Sequence record: NZ_CP104305.1
From: a plasmid
Strand: one strand, 5' to 3'
DNA length: 64,000 nt
Below are positions 8,906 to 19,425 of the stretch, one piece after another. Every line of letters begins with the position of its first letter. The stretch's first letter is position 1. A program made the translations under genes and the position numbers. The notes below the pieces were generated by a model that ran no database searches, was not told the DNA's origin, and saw only the letters and a program-made list of their open reading frames with translations.

Positions 8906-11404
8906 CTACCGTGGGTGAATGTAGGTGTAAGCACCGACATTACCTAACGTTTGTAAATTCGGCCCTGGTTGTTGCTTAAAGCCCGTTCCGCCTTGCGAGA
9001 TGGTAATGGTTCCTTTGTCGGAGTCAACAGCTTCTACATAGGCAACATGGCCGTATACAGGGTCTGCTTGCCAGTTACCGACCATTTGACCGGCGGCAAA
9101 GCTCACTAAAGCGCCTTGTTGTGGGGTGTGATCGACACTAAAGCCTGCGGCGGCTGCTGAGTTTCCCCAGTCAGCACCATTGCCCCAGTTATTAGCCGCC
9201 CACCCGGAGCGTGCTTTTGCCCACCAAGTGCATTGACCAACCGGGTAAGAGTTCCCTCCGTTATGCAGCGTGATATTGCCAATCGAGTCACCACTCTTAA
9301 ACCCAAAGATGGCTAAGAGTTTGTTGACGTTAGGCACCCAGTTCAAATTTAGGTTGTTAGGATCGTTCAACGCGCCAACAGGTGCGTAAGCAGCGCCCAA
9401 CTTTTGAACAGTGTTTAGTCCTCTCGTGACAACTAGGTTGTGCAGGGTGGTGCCAGTGGCATCAATCCCAGCTTCCAGTGAAGGGTAGGCAATAATCGTC
9501 CCACCACTCATTTGACCACTAGGATTGTTGGCGCCACGAACCGCTGCACTGGTGCCCCATGAAGATTCAGTCCCCATGATAGCGGCAATCAAGGCCGGAT
9601 TGACCCCTGCCTTTTTCGCGGCATCAATCGAATAGCTTTCCTTGTCTGCCAAAACGCCGTTAGAAAAATACTTCACCCACGCCGCATGAAACTTGCCAGC
9701 GTCAAAGTCCTGTCCTGTCAAGTCGCCCCCGCTAGTGACCAACCCGTAAGTGGTCGCGTAAGTGTACTTAACATTTGGTAGCGCAAAAGCAGGGTTGAGT
9801 TCTTCTTCGATCGGCTGAGCAGGCGAAGCACTGCTTGTACTCTCAGATGAACCCGAACCTGACGTGCTGGTAGCCGGTGCGCTTGAAACACTCCCCTTGG
9901 AAGTCAAACCAGGCGTCGAGGGGACGCTATCAGAGTCCGTCGAAGATGATGGTGCGGTTGAAGATTCCTGGGGCGCACTCTGTTGCGTAATTTTGGTGAG
10001 TTGCAGCGTGATATTCTTTTCGCTTGTTCCTATTTGGTCTCCTTTCTTAACTTCCTGATAGGGTTTAACACTGATTGTTTTGAGACCACCAATGACAGTG
10101 CGCTTGCTGTCGGTGGCAATCGTCACACTGCCGTTTGAGCAGGACAAAACAGTGCCAGACATAACGGCAACAATCTTCTTGCCAACGTCACTAGAAATAC
10201 GAATATGATTCGACATATTCTTCTCACCATTTCGCAATCGCCAAGCATAGCGGTCATTAACCATGATGGTCTCGTCTTGATTCTCAAAGGGCGACCCTAA
10301 AATCTCTTGCGTGCGATACTGCCCGACTTGTTGCATGGCATCGAGGCGGTCTTTATCGTTTTGAGAGAGGGCTTTAGGGTGGTTCTTTTCCCATTCATCA
10401 AAACTAGACAAATTGACGGTCACAGTTTTTGCATCAACTGTGACCGTCATCATCTGATCATGTAATTTTTTAATTTTTTGTTTGAAGGCATCGTCAACTT
10501 TGAAGTCGTCATACTTAATCGACAAATAAGCCAACTCACGGTCAAAGTCAGAGATGAGTTCAATCCCATCAGTGGTAGCTTCTTGACCGTTAATAATGAG
10601 TGAGCGTCCGCTTGTGTTCGCCATACTATCAATGAATTCTTTAGTGGCATCAGTATCCAACTCTGTGATGTAGCTGTAAGCATCAGTCAAAGGCTTAGAA
10701 TCGGCGGTTGTTGACATTGCTGGCACAAGCCAACCAAACATGGAACTCATCATCGCAAGTAAAGAAAATGCAATCCCTATTATCAGTATGATAGACACAG
10801 ATTTAATCATTATCGGGACTGACAGCAGAAGTTTTAACATTTGCCTTGCAGAGCTAATCGGGTGACGCCAAGATAGGGTTGCGCCCTTCAAAGCACGCTG
10901 CTTCATCATCTTTCGGATTGACTTACGACTGTATGAAGTTTGTACCGGTTCGCCTAACTTCTTTGCTAGTCGCTTGCCTTTTCGATTTCTATGACGCTTT
11001 CGTTGTGCCCTTAATCGACTGGCACCTTGTTTAGTTTTTGCTAGGGACTGATACGTTGGATCGTTTTGGTCTTCATTCTGCTGGCTGTTGTTAGCAGCTA
11101 CTACAGCACTCTTTTTTGCGGTTTCAACTGCGCCATGTTGAAGTGCTTGTCGGCTACGATGGCGGAAACGTTTGACCCAACCCGCCTGTTTCTTTTTCGC
11201 CTTGGCACTTTGAGCTAACAGGCCACGTCTAAACTGGCCTTTTTTGCGAACAAAACGTTTACCACCAAAGCCACCAACGCCTTGTATACGGTATTTATTG
11301 CCACGCAGGGCTTTCTTAAACCGACTAGGATCAGCGCTCACTAAAGCATCTTTAGGGTCATGATGCTGCTTGTTAAGCAGCATCTTCTTCCAACTATTCG
11401 CCAA
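8906..11404 (-). CDS. T4SS peptidoglycan hydrolase, PrgK/TraG-like (basic N-terminus + TM, lysozyme-like domain, C-terminal CHAP domain)
   Basis: C-terminal CHAP signature (QCTWWAKARSGW ... GHVAYVEAV); central lytic-transglycosylase/lysozyme-like block (AAIMGTESSWGTS); Lys/Arg-rich cytoplasmic N-terminus then TM; overlaps the virB4 start. Confidence 0.7.
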   Translation of the reverse strand: MANSWKKMLLNKQHHDPKDALVSADPSRFKKALRGNKYRIQGVGGFGGKRFVRKKGQFRRGLLAQSAKAKKKQAGWVKRFRHRSRQALQHGAVETAKKSAVVAANNSQQNEDQNDPTYQSLAKTKQGASRLRAQRKRHRNRKGKRLAKKLGEPVQTSYSRKSIRKMMKQRALKGATLSWRHPISSARQMLKLLLSVPIMIKSVSIILIIGIAFSLLAMMSSMFGWLVPAMSTTADSKPLTDAYSYITELDTDATKEFIDSMANTSGRSLIINGQEATTDGIELISDFDRELAYLSIKYDDFKVDDAFKQKIKKLHDQMMTVTVDAKTVTVNLSSFDEWEKNHPKALSQNDKDRLDAMQQVGQYRTQEILGSPFENQDETIMVNDRYAWRLRNGEKNMSNHIRISSDVGKKIVAVMSGTVLSCSNGSVTIATDSKRTVIGGLKTISVKPYQEVKKGDQIGTSEKNITLQLTKITQQSAPQESSTAPSSSTDSDSVPSTPGLTSKGSVSSAPATSTSGSGSSESTSSASPAQPIEEELNPAFALPNVKYTYATTYGLVTSGGDLTGQDFDAGKFHAAWVKYFSNGVLADKESYSIDAAKKAGVNPALIAAIMGTESSWGTSAAVRGANNPSGQMSGGTIIAYPSLEAGIDATGTTLHNLVVTRGLNTVQKLGAAYAPVGALNDPNNLNLNWVPNVNKLLAIFGFKSGDSIGNITLHNGGNSYPVGQCTWWAKARSGWAANNWGNGADWGNSAAAAGFSVDHTPQQGALVSFAAGQMVGNWQADPVYGHVAYVEAVDSDKGTITISQGGTGFKQQPGPNLQTLGNVGAYTYIHPR

Positions 11405-13877
11405 TCACCTCGCCTCCATCTTCATGCTGTTTCTTACGAGAAATGTATTGCTCCATATCTTCTGGTTTGGTAGACATGATCTTATAGAGCTTCGTCTTTT
11501 TTGGAAAATCATTCTCAAACGGAATAACGGCGTCACCGGCGATCATTAGGCCATGACCGGAATCAGCGTTAGTAATGTAGCCTTCCTCTTGCTCCGACAA
11601 ATGCAACATATCCGTGAGTTGATCACGGTCATTTGCGGCCTGGTCAAGTAATAGAACAAACTCACTGTTAGACAACATACGGCGGGCATTGTCACTTAGT
11701 AACAATGTCTCAACGTTCTGTGTGATGCCGGTTGGTAAAGCGCCCCATTTACGAGCGCGTGACCACAACTCGAAGAAGTAGTTTGAAGCAAATTCGTTAC
11801 TTAACAGGAGCTGCATTTCATCGACATAAATCCACGTCCGTTTGCCTGAGTTCCGGTTCTTTGTGATTCGGTTCCAAATTTGGTCAAGCACAATCAACAT
11901 ACCCATGGAACGCAGGTTTTTACCTAAATCTTTGACGTCATAAACTACCACCGAATTGTCGTTATCCACGTTGGTTTGATGCGCGAACACAGACAATGAC
12001 CCTTCGATGTACGGCTCCAGTTCAAGCGCAATTTGCTTGCCTTCATCTTCTGGCTGAAGCTTGAGAGTGTTCGACAGGTCAACCATTGTTGGCATGGCCG
12101 TGTGCTGCTCAAAATAACGTTGGTAAGTCAGCCGACAAGCACGGTCAATCAAGGTACGCCGTTCAGCGGACAAGCCGTTTTTACCGCCAAGCAACATATC
12201 GCACATAGAAAGAATAAAGTCGGTTTTGAAGATAACGGGGTCTTCGTCATCACCGTAATCTTCGTTAATCTCCATTGGATTGATATGAGCGGTTGCGCCT
12301 TGAGAAATTGGAATGACTTCACCGCCAAGTGCTTGTGCAACGGCAGAATACTCACGTTCAGGATCAATAATCAGTACCTCAGAATCAGCATCACGGAGCC
12401 GTACTGACAACATTTCTTGTTTGCTGGCAAAGGATTTACCAGCACCAGGACGTCCTAAAATCATACCGTTGCCGGCTTTTAAGTTTCTCCGGTCAGCAGT
12501 CACTAAGTTCTGCGTCACTTGATTGACACCATAAACTAGACCACTGCTATCGCTCAATTCTTGCGCTGTAAAGGGAATAAAAATAGCGGCCGCTGATGTT
12601 GTCAGTGTCCGCGAGACGGGTAGATAATTCTGTCCCCACATCAGCACTGAGTTAAGCGCTGCTTCTTGGAGATAATCTAGGTTGGCAAATTCGCAACTGT
12701 GACGACGGCCGGTAGCTTTGATCTGCTCAATAATTTCATCGAGCTGTTGGTCATTCTTGCCTTGTGCCATGACCAAAAACGTCACATCAAAGAGTTGCTG
12801 GTTATCGTCTTGCATTTGTTGAAGCAAGTCCTCAGCTTCATCAAGACTGTGCGTCAAGTTCTCCGGTAGAATATCTGGGTCATAACCGGCCTTCATGGCT
12901 TTCTGCTGCTCATCAGCCTTTTGCTTTTGCATGAAACCTTTCTTCGTCTGCACCATCTTCATACCCTTGACTGGGTCGATTGGGTGAATCTGAATTGAAA
13001 TTTCTAAGTCGGCCATAATGTCTGTCAGGTCAGTAATTAAGCGATCACTAATTTCTGGCGGATAGTCCCGCAAATACAACACCTGCGCCACTTCATCGCC
13101 CATTTCAAAACGGTTTTTGGCGTGCTTGAAGTTGAAACTGGTCGGCGCAATCACAGAGTGCGTGGTCAGACCGCTAAACTTGAGGTCGTCATATTCAAAG
13201 TGAAGCGTCGTGCCAGGCCGTAAAGTCGCGTTCGCGAGCTTTAAGCGGCGCAAACCATTGAGCGGTCGTGCTGTTGACCCCATTTGGTGGAAACTCGTGA
13301 TGACGTTCGCTTGAAGTTGATTCAAACTTGTTTTGGCGCGTTGGCGATTGTCTGCGCGCTGCGTGAAGGTCACATACTTCTCCTTGAGCAGGCTCGTGTT
13401 GCCACTCTCCACCCGTTCTCTCATGATATGGTTCATTTCATCACGGAGCGTATTCAAATCGTCTGGTCGGTGCTTAAAGGACGTCTCCTGCATAAACTGA
13501 CGAATATCCTTCCTGCGATTGATGATATTGACTTGTACAGATGATTCACTGTCAAAACCATTGAGGAACTCAGCATACTTGCTAAAAATGTCGCTCTGAT
13601 GGTCACGATCACTAATTTGGTAGTTAATATCTGAGATCGCGACACTTTTTGAAAACACCCCAGGGGCAACCTCACACAAACCATCTTCATACATGGCGCG
13701 ATAAGCCAGACTGTCCTGTGTTGCCCTTGAAGGGGCATCTTGACGTTTCTGTTTCCCGCGTTCCTTTTTATGGCGCTTTAGTAGCTTCAAAGCCTTGTTA
13801 TGACTGTTCGTCTTCGTACTCTTTGATCTTGTTTCGGTTCTTGTGAACATGAAGGCTAACCTCCTTTCGATTCTCAT
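11394..13877 (-). CDS. VirB4-family conjugal transfer ATPase
   Basis: Walker A GRPGAGKSF, Walker B-like VYVDEMQLL, size ~800 aa, N-terminal DINYQ motif typical of Gram-positive VirB4 homologues. The exact start is uncertain (it overlaps the upstream ORF). Confidence 0.8.
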   Translation of the reverse strand: MRIERRLAFMFTRTETRSKSTKTNSHNKALKLLKRHKKERGKQKRQDAPSRATQDSLAYRAMYEDGLCEVAPGVFSKSVAISDINYQISDRDHQSDIFSKYAEFLNGFDSESSVQVNIINRRKDIRQFMQETSFKHRPDDLNTLRDEMNHIMRERVESGNTSLLKEKYVTFTQRADNRQRAKTSLNQLQANVITSFHQMGSTARPLNGLRRLKLANATLRPGTTLHFEYDDLKFSGLTTHSVIAPTSFNFKHAKNRFEMGDEVAQVLYLRDYPPEISDRLITDLTDIMADLEISIQIHPIDPVKGMKMVQTKKGFMQKQKADEQQKAMKAGYDPDILPENLTHSLDEAEDLLQQMQDDNQQLFDVTFLVMAQGKNDQQLDEIIEQIKATGRRHSCEFANLDYLQEAALNSVLMWGQNYLPVSRTLTTSAAAIFIPFTAQELSDSSGLVYGVNQVTQNLVTADRRNLKAGNGMILGRPGAGKSFASKQEMLSVRLRDADSEVLIIDPEREYSAVAQALGGEVIPISQGATAHINPMEINEDYGDDEDPVIFKTDFILSMCDMLLGGKNGLSAERRTLIDRACRLTYQRYFEQHTAMPTMVDLSNTLKLQPEDEGKQIALELEPYIEGSLSVFAHQTNVDNDNSVVVYDVKDLGKNLRSMGMLIVLDQIWNRITKNRNSGKRTWIYVDEMQLLLSNEFASNYFFELWSRARKWGALPTGITQNVETLLLSDNARRMLSNSEFVLLLDQAANDRDQLTDMLHLSEQEEGYITNADSGHGLMIAGDAVIPFENDFPKKTKLYKIMSTKPEDMEQYISRKKQHEDGGEVIGE

Positions 13878-14169
13878 ATAGCCTTAAACCATTCATTTGT
13901 TGGTAGTGCAGAATAATCCCGATGTACTTTTCTAGCGGCAAGCCTTTAGGCTTAATCCAGCCAAAGGCCAACACCGGCATATCTAGGGGAATTAGCAAAT
14001 TACCGGCACTATCCATTGACCAGTGCAGTCGCCATACAAGGAAATAAATAATAGCCGCTGAATAAACAGCGGCTATCGTGGCACAGATAAGTTGTCTTAA
14101 ATCCATTGTCCCGATAATGCGTTCCTTGTAGGACTTGATTTCCTTTGGAACACGTACACGTAATGCCAT
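13798..14169 (-). CDS. VirB3/PrgI-like small membrane protein
   Basis: 123 aa, two hydrophobic helices, immediately upstream of virB4 and overlapping it. Confidence 0.45.
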   Translation of the reverse strand: MALRVRVPKEIKSYKERIIGTMDLRQLICATIAAVYSAAIIYFLVWRLHWSMDSAGNLLIPLDMPVLAFGWIKPKGLPLEKYIGIILHYQQMNGLRLYENRKEVSLHVHKNRNKIKEYEDEQS

Positions 14170-14184
14170 TCATTTTCACCTCAC

Positions 14185-15018
14185 TTACATGGCAGTTGTC
14201 AGTGACTTCGCCCAGGCATTGGTCTGGAAAACAGCAAAAATAAGCAGAATAGAAAAGCCAAGCAAAGAAGCAATCATAGACCACAAACCGGCCGATGCCA
14301 TATTCGCAAATGCTGTTTTTACCAAGAACGGATAGAACAACTGCACCATGTAGATCAGGGTGCCTTGTATGGAAACAGCCATAAAACTTTTGAAAAAGTT
14401 TTTTGCAATTCCTGAAAATTCGTGGTGTGGCATCGTTGAGATTGGGATTGGAGCCACGGCTAAAAAGACGTACATTTGTAAGAACCGTCCTGTGACAACA
14501 ACGTTGACAAGAACACCAGCCAACATAGTAATTAACATAACAATGATCAAAACCAACCAGATCATTAGTTTTGTCCAAAAACTTTCTTTAGTGATTGGCT
14601 GGTAAATATCATTCAAACTGATTAATCCACTAATTTTCCCGTTGCTTACCAACTTACCAATGCCTTTTGAAAGAATAATACTAACTTGCAAAATTGCATT
14701 CATAAACAAACTCATACTATCCATTGCGATCTTGCAAAATGCCACCTTCACTAAGGCGGCTGAAATCAGCCTGACCCCTGCATCTGAACCACCTCCCATT
14801 GCTTCGACTTGTTCCGAAATACGATACAATTCAAGCAATGCAAACAACGCCAAAATCGTATAACCGACGGGCTTCATAACGTTGGTTTGAATTGCCATCG
14901 CAAAACCATACAGATCCTTACTCCAACTAGACAATGAAGAAGTAATACTATTCGTTCCAGCAGAATTAAGGATTGAATCTAAAATGAACTTAAGCTCACC
15001 CTTGATGGCATTGTCCAC
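14185..15018 (-). CDS. VirB6-like polytopic T4SS membrane protein
   Basis: 277 aa with at least 5 predicted TM helices, located between the coupling protein and virB3/virB4. Confidence 0.5.
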   Translation of the reverse strand: MDNAIKGELKFILDSILNSAGTNSITSSLSSWSKDLYGFAMAIQTNVMKPVGYTILALFALLELYRISEQVEAMGGGSDAGVRLISAALVKVAFCKIAMDSMSLFMNAILQVSIILSKGIGKLVSNGKISGLISLNDIYQPITKESFWTKLMIWLVLIIVMLITMLAGVLVNVVVTGRFLQMYVFLAVAPIPISTMPHHEFSGIAKNFFKSFMAVSIQGTLIYMVQLFYPFLVKTAFANMASAGLWSMIASLLGFSILLIFAVFQTNAWAKSLTTAM

Positions 15019-15036
15019 TTGCGTTTGCCTCCCTTA

Positions 15037-15297
15037 CTAAGTTAAAGAAATCGAGTTAAACAGCGCTCCAGCAGCAATGATTAAACCACCACCAGCAATC
15101 GTCCAGATACCACTTTGAATACCAGGGCCATTGTGATCCTTCAATGCACCGCCAAGGCCAACTAAGCCCCATGCGGCGTAAATAGAACCGCCCGCAATCG
15201 CGAATTTAGCCATCAGTGATACGGCTTGTGTTAAAACGTTCATATTCTGTTCCTCCTTATGATTAAGCTTCTTTGACGATTTGAGTTTGCTCATCAA
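15037..15297 (-). CDS. small Gly-rich hydrophobic protein (possible VirB2-like/pilin-like component)
   Basis: 86 aa with two hydrophobic Gly/Ala-rich helices; overlaps the T4CP gene end. Confidence 0.35.
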   Translation of the reverse strand: MMSKLKSSKKLNHKEEQNMNVLTQAVSLMAKFAIAGGSIYAAWGLVGLGGALKDHNGPGIQSGIWTIAGGGLIIAAGALFNSISLT

Positions 15298-17083
15298 ACT
15301 CTTGCATTAATGCCACAGGCTCAACGCTTACCGGCACATTTAGTACTTGTGGCGTCACGTTTAAGTCTGGGTGATACACATAATCCGAGTGATCCATCTG
15401 TAACTCTTTGAATCGTGGGTGATTTTTTAATTGATATTTTTGAGACAAAAATGGCGGCACCCCTCTGAGCATATAAATGCTCTGGTCGCCGCCGATTCGA
15501 TCGACTTCATCTGGCGAAAGTAAATCCCGCGCAATTTTATCGTAGTTTTGGTTAAAGGAACTGTTACTACCTTTGGTTTCACCATACCGCTGCACATCAA
15601 TCGTTCCTTTGCCAAGAATCTCTGAAATGTACTTGGCGGTTTCACTATCGTGCCCGCCAAGATACAGCAGCGAGTCAGATGCACCTAGAATCGCTTGATA
15701 AGACTTTGGATAGCGTTCCTTAAGCTGGCTCAGTTCCTGCACGATTGGCACACAGAAAATGCCACGTGAACGCAAGGTGTTAATTCGCTTATCAAACTGA
15801 GGAATCTGACCACTGTTTGCAAATTCATCTTGCCAACAAACGACTGTTTCATTGAGACGTCCATTAGGTTGACGGTCTGCGTGTTCGACTAAAGTCGTAA
15901 ATAATGTTTGGTAGACCAAGCTCACTAAAAAGTTAAACGTTTCGCTTTGATCCGGTAGAATCAAAAACAAAATCTGCTTTTCGTCACCCAGGGTTGATAG
16001 GTTCAACGTGTCATCACTCGTAATATTGACAATGCTCGGTACATCAAACGGCGCTAAACGAACACCAAGCGAAATAACAATACTCATGGCCGTCTTAGCT
16101 GGTGCCAGCTTAAAGATGCCATATTGTTTAACCGCGAATGAATCTGGGTGTTTGACAGAAAATTCCGCAAAGATTTGATCGAGTGGCGTTTCATTACCAC
16201 CAGCATCTTCATCAATCGTTGCCAAGCGTACCAAATCCAAAATGTGCGGTAGATTACGCTTTTTAGGAAATTGCTGATCCAGTCTTGCATAATCAAACAA
16301 GGCTTGCATCAGTGCTTTCTCGCCTTTATCAAAAAATGGATCACTTTTACTCTGCGGCGAAGTTGTGTTTTGCATAATCGCGTTCACAACCTCAATAACG
16401 TCATCTTCATTATGGATATAAGCAAACACATTAAAATGATCAGTATGCTCGCGAGTGACAAGATCAAACACTTTTACTTTATAGCCAGAGTTTTCAAAGA
16501 AATTACCAACCCATTTTAGGGTCTGTCCTTTCGTATCTGTGACCACATAAGAGCTAGATCGTTGAAGCAAATTAGGTACGACAACGGTACGTGTCTTCCC
16601 TGAACCAGCGCCACCAATAACTGTCACAAATTGATTACGCTGCAACTTCATAGGACGTTCGTGGTTGAGATCGTTCAAATACAGCTTCTCAGTCGCTGTC
16701 ATGATTAAATTGTTATCGGGGTTCTTGGTGTCTTCAAACGGAAGAATATCTTTACGAGTCCCCCACTGTGCGCTGCCGTGTTCCTCGCCAGGTCGGTAAT
16801 TCTTTTTATTGGTGGCAACATACAATACTACCAACGCTACAACCGCCAGTAGAATCATGCCACCAAGAAATGGCTTACCCCTAAAAGTGAGCGGCCACCA
16901 TGCGACCTTACCAAGGTTGTCAGATACGAAAAGGACTTTGTCGATCATGGTTTTGGCATCTTCCGGCTTAACTGCATAAACAGCACGCGTCAGACCACTG
17001 CCGACACCATAAACAAGTAAGCCACCAAAGACACTCAAACCAACACGCCAAAGCAATTTTTTAAGCTGCTCTTTTTCCATCAA
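15263..17083 (-). CDS. type IV coupling protein (VirD4/TraG/PcfC family)
   Basis: N-terminal TM helices, Walker A VIGGAGSGKT, Walker B region, ~600 aa. Confidence 0.8.
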   Translation of the reverse strand: MMEKEQLKKLLWRVGLSVFGGLLVYGVGSGLTRAVYAVKPEDAKTMIDKVLFVSDNLGKVAWWPLTFRGKPFLGGMILLAVVALVVLYVATNKKNYRPGEEHGSAQWGTRKDILPFEDTKNPDNNLIMTATEKLYLNDLNHERPMKLQRNQFVTVIGGAGSGKTRTVVVPNLLQRSSSYVVTDTKGQTLKWVGNFFENSGYKVKVFDLVTREHTDHFNVFAYIHNEDDVIEVVNAIMQNTTSPQSKSDPFFDKGEKALMQALFDYARLDQQFPKKRNLPHILDLVRLATIDEDAGGNETPLDQIFAEFSVKHPDSFAVKQYGIFKLAPAKTAMSIVISLGVRLAPFDVPSIVNITSDDTLNLSTLGDEKQILFLILPDQSETFNFLVSLVYQTLFTTLVEHADRQPNGRLNETVVCWQDEFANSGQIPQFDKRINTLRSRGIFCVPIVQELSQLKERYPKSYQAILGASDSLLYLGGHDSETAKYISEILGKGTIDVQRYGETKGSNSSFNQNYDKIARDLLSPDEVDRIGGDQSIYMLRGVPPFLSQKYQLKNHPRFKELQMDHSDYVYHPDLNVTPQVLNVPVSVEPVALMQEFDEQTQIVKEA

Positions 17084-17562
17084 CGTTCACGTTCCTTGCT
17101 TCGTTGTCGTGTCCGCGTCTTTTTGTGTTCCTGATTGTGTTCTTTCGCAGTCGTCTTGGCTTTCTCAACCTTCTGTTCCCAAGTTTGATTGTTCTCAGGC
17201 GCCTTTTGAAAGTCCTTCACAACTTTTTCCAAGCCAAGATGAACACGGTCTATATCGTTACCACGGAAGAACACGTGAAATTCATTCGTGCCCTTTACCC
17301 TGATCATGGAGAAATCAATGTTGTATTTTTTGAACTCTTTCTTCAAAGCACGCAAATCTGTTTTATCAATATCGACGTGTTCTAAAGCACCTTTTTTTTG
17401 CAATTCAGCCAAATTTTGGCGGCCTGTGATGCGTTGATTGTGAATGGCCTGTTTGCTCACATCTATCACCTTACCAGGCAATTTAACAGCTAATAACTTA
17501 ATCACTTCTTGCGCTGTCATGGTCGATAGACGAAGCACATATTCCGCTGCTTGATTATCCAT
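17080..17562 (-). CDS. PcfB-like (DUF3801-type) protein that typically precedes Gram-positive T4CP genes
   Basis: 160-aa basic protein whose stop overlaps the T4CP start; positional and compositional match. Confidence 0.45.
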   Translation of the reverse strand: MDNQAAEYVLRLSTMTAQEVIKLLAVKLPGKVIDVSKQAIHNQRITGRQNLAELQKKGALEHVDIDKTDLRALKKEFKKYNIDFSMIRVKGTNEFHVFFRGNDIDRVHLGLEKVVKDFQKAPENNQTWEQKVEKAKTTAKEHNQEHKKTRTRQRSKERER

Positions 17563-17582
17563 TTTGTATCACCTACCCTTTT

Positions 17583-19124
17583 TTACACCGTCTCACTGAC
17601 TGTGATGGTCAAGGTTTGCGTTGTTGACTGACCAAATTTATCCGTGACGGTATACGTCAGTTCATAGCTGCCAGGCTTGCTCGTATCAACGGAACCATCA
17701 ACATCAACGGTAACAGCGCCATAAGGACTCGTTACAGTGACATTTGCCTTTGGATCAAACTGATCACCGACTTTAATCATGGTTGGCACTTTCGACAAAT
17801 CAAGTGTTGGCTTGTCAGCTTTAACGTTGACCGTGACTTGCTTGACCGTCTTTTGTCCGAACTTGTCAGTGACGGTATAGGTCAAATCATTGCTGCCAGG
17901 CTTGCTCGTATCAACGGAACCATAAACGGTCACATTCACAGCACCATAAGGACTGGTTGCGTTGACGTTAGCCATTGGTTCAAACTTATCTCCCACCTTG
18001 AGCGTGGTTGGCACTTTGGAAACATCAAGGGTCGGCGCAGTGGCATAGACACTAACTGTTCGTTTCACGCTTGTAACAGCGCCATTTTTGTCAGTCACTT
18101 CATACGTTAGCTCGTAGTCCCCTGGCTTGCTGGTGTCAACGGTTCCGGTCACTTTAATGTCAGAAGTCAAATCGCCGTCTTGGTAATCGTCAGCCGTCAC
18201 GCCTTGCTTTGGATCAAAGTCATGACCCACTTCTACGCGATTGTCACTAGCAATATGAATCACGGGAGCGTCATTGGTTACCACCACATCACGAGTTGCG
18301 CTTACAGTATGCCCTGCGCTGTCTGTGACTTGATAAGTGACTTGGTAAGTCCCTTCGGTATTAATATCCACGGTGCTGGCATAGACAACCTTGTGGGTCA
18401 AATCGCCATCTTCGGCATCATGCGCACTCACGCCGTCCATCAGGTCATAACTCTTTTGTCCCAGATGCAGATACAACACGTCAGCAAACGAGATTGTAGG
18501 CGCTTGATCGACTGGGGTTGGATTGCCAGGCGTTTGGTCGCCAGGGGTTTGGTTGCCAGGCGTTTGGTCGCCAGGGGTTTGGTTGCCAGGCGTTTGGTCG
18601 CCAGGGGTTTGATTGCCAGGCGTTTGATTGTCTGGTGTTGGTGTTGGTGTTGGTGTTGGTGTTGGTGTTGGCATCTCTACTACTGGTGTCGGAGTCGGTT
18701 CTGGTGCAGTCGGTGTATTATCCGCTGGCTTTGGTGTGTTTTGCTCTGCTGTTCCTTGATCAGCTAACGAAACCAAGTTTTGAGTATTGCTCGATGCAAG
18801 CTGTTTGGATAAATCATCTTTGCTGAATGGAAAGGCGGAGGCGGCTTGATTATCATTGCTACCACTAGGCAAGTCAGGCGCTAAAGCCGCTTGAATTTCT
18901 TTTTCAGTTTTGTTAGAAGAAGATGGCTCTTTTTCTTTCGCTTTCTTTTTCGTGCTGCCTTTCTTCTCTGACGGAAATAGCCACTGCTTGCTCGATGAGC
19001 TACTTTTCTTTGCTGACTGTGAAGTAGGCGCAGCATTTAATTGATACGCTGCATAGCCACCACCACCTAAAACAACGGCACTAATCAAGAGGATTGCGGC
19101 CGTTTTCTTTTTCTTGTTGAACAT
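17583..19124 (-). CDS. membrane-anchored surface protein with Pro/Thr-rich linker and four Ig-like (Big/DUF5011-like) repeats
   Basis: N-terminal TM, PTPTPTPTP and (TPGNQ/TPGDQ)n linker, then four ~75-aa repeats ending in YELTYEVTD/YTVTDKFGQ. Confidence 0.55.
   Translation of the reverse strand: MFNKKKKTAAILLISAVVLGGGGYAAYQLNAAPTSQSAKKSSSSSKQWLFPSEKKGSTKKKAKEKEPSSSNKTEKEIQAALAPDLPSGSNDNQAASAFPFSKDDLSKQLASSNTQNLVSLADQGTAEQNTPKPADNTPTAPEPTPTPVVEMPTPTPTPTPTPTPDNQTPGNQTPGDQTPGNQTPGDQTPGNQTPGDQTPGNPTPVDQAPTISFADVLYLHLGQKSYDLMDGVSAHDAEDGDLTHKVVYASTVDINTEGTYQVTYQVTDSAGHTVSATRDVVVTNDAPVIHIASDNRVEVGHDFDPKQGVTADDYQDGDLTSDIKVTGTVDTSKPGDYELTYEVTDKNGAVTSVKRTVSVYATAPTLDVSKVPTTLKVGDKFEPMANVNATSPYGAVNVTVYGSVDTSKPGSNDLTYTVTDKFGQKTVKQVTVNVKADKPTLDLSKVPTMIKVGDQFDPKANVTVTSPYGAVTVDVDGSVDTSKPGSYELTYTVTDKFGQSTTQTLTITVSETV
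18514..18672. repeat. in-gene tandem repeats (15-bp units x ~8, then 6-bp ggtgtt x ~7)
   Basis: ccaggcgtttggtcg / ccaggggtttggttg alternating, then ggtgttggtgtt...; encode the TPGNQ/TPGDQ and PTPT repeats. Confidence 0.8.
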
Positions 19125-19139
19125 GAATCATACCTCCTT

Positions 19140-19421
19140 TTAAGGCTGTGATCGCAGGAAGGACGCAAGCTCGGTTCCCGGTTCTAAAACCGCTTTAACT
19201 GTGGCGGCATTCGTTGGCACTACCCGAATGACCTTCCCAATTTGGACGGCATCAGGGCACATTTTCCAGCCACTTGCGTAACTGACAATCGCGTCTTGTG
19301 GCACCATCTCTTTACCCCCGCGCTTCCAGCGTGGTAGCAGCAATTCAATGAGGCCATGATGCACTTTCATGTTGCGCAGCTGAGATTGTTTCAAGAGAAC
19401 ATTTGCAGACATTTTAATCAC
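19140..19421 (-). CDS. hypothetical protein (second gene of a two-gene cassette)
   Basis: 93-aa ORF starting 4 bp after the upstream ORF ends. Confidence 0.35.
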   Translation of the reverse strand: MIKMSANVLLKQSQLRNMKVHHGLIELLLPRWKRGGKEMVPQDAIVSYASGWKMCPDAVQIGKVIRVVPTNAATVKAVLEPGTELASFLRSQP

Positions 19422-19425
19422 CTCC

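Noticed and set aside
14009-14578. 189-aa Cys-rich ORF overlapping the VirB6-like gene
   Set aside because: Alternative frame of a clearly better polytopic membrane ORF; implausible composition.
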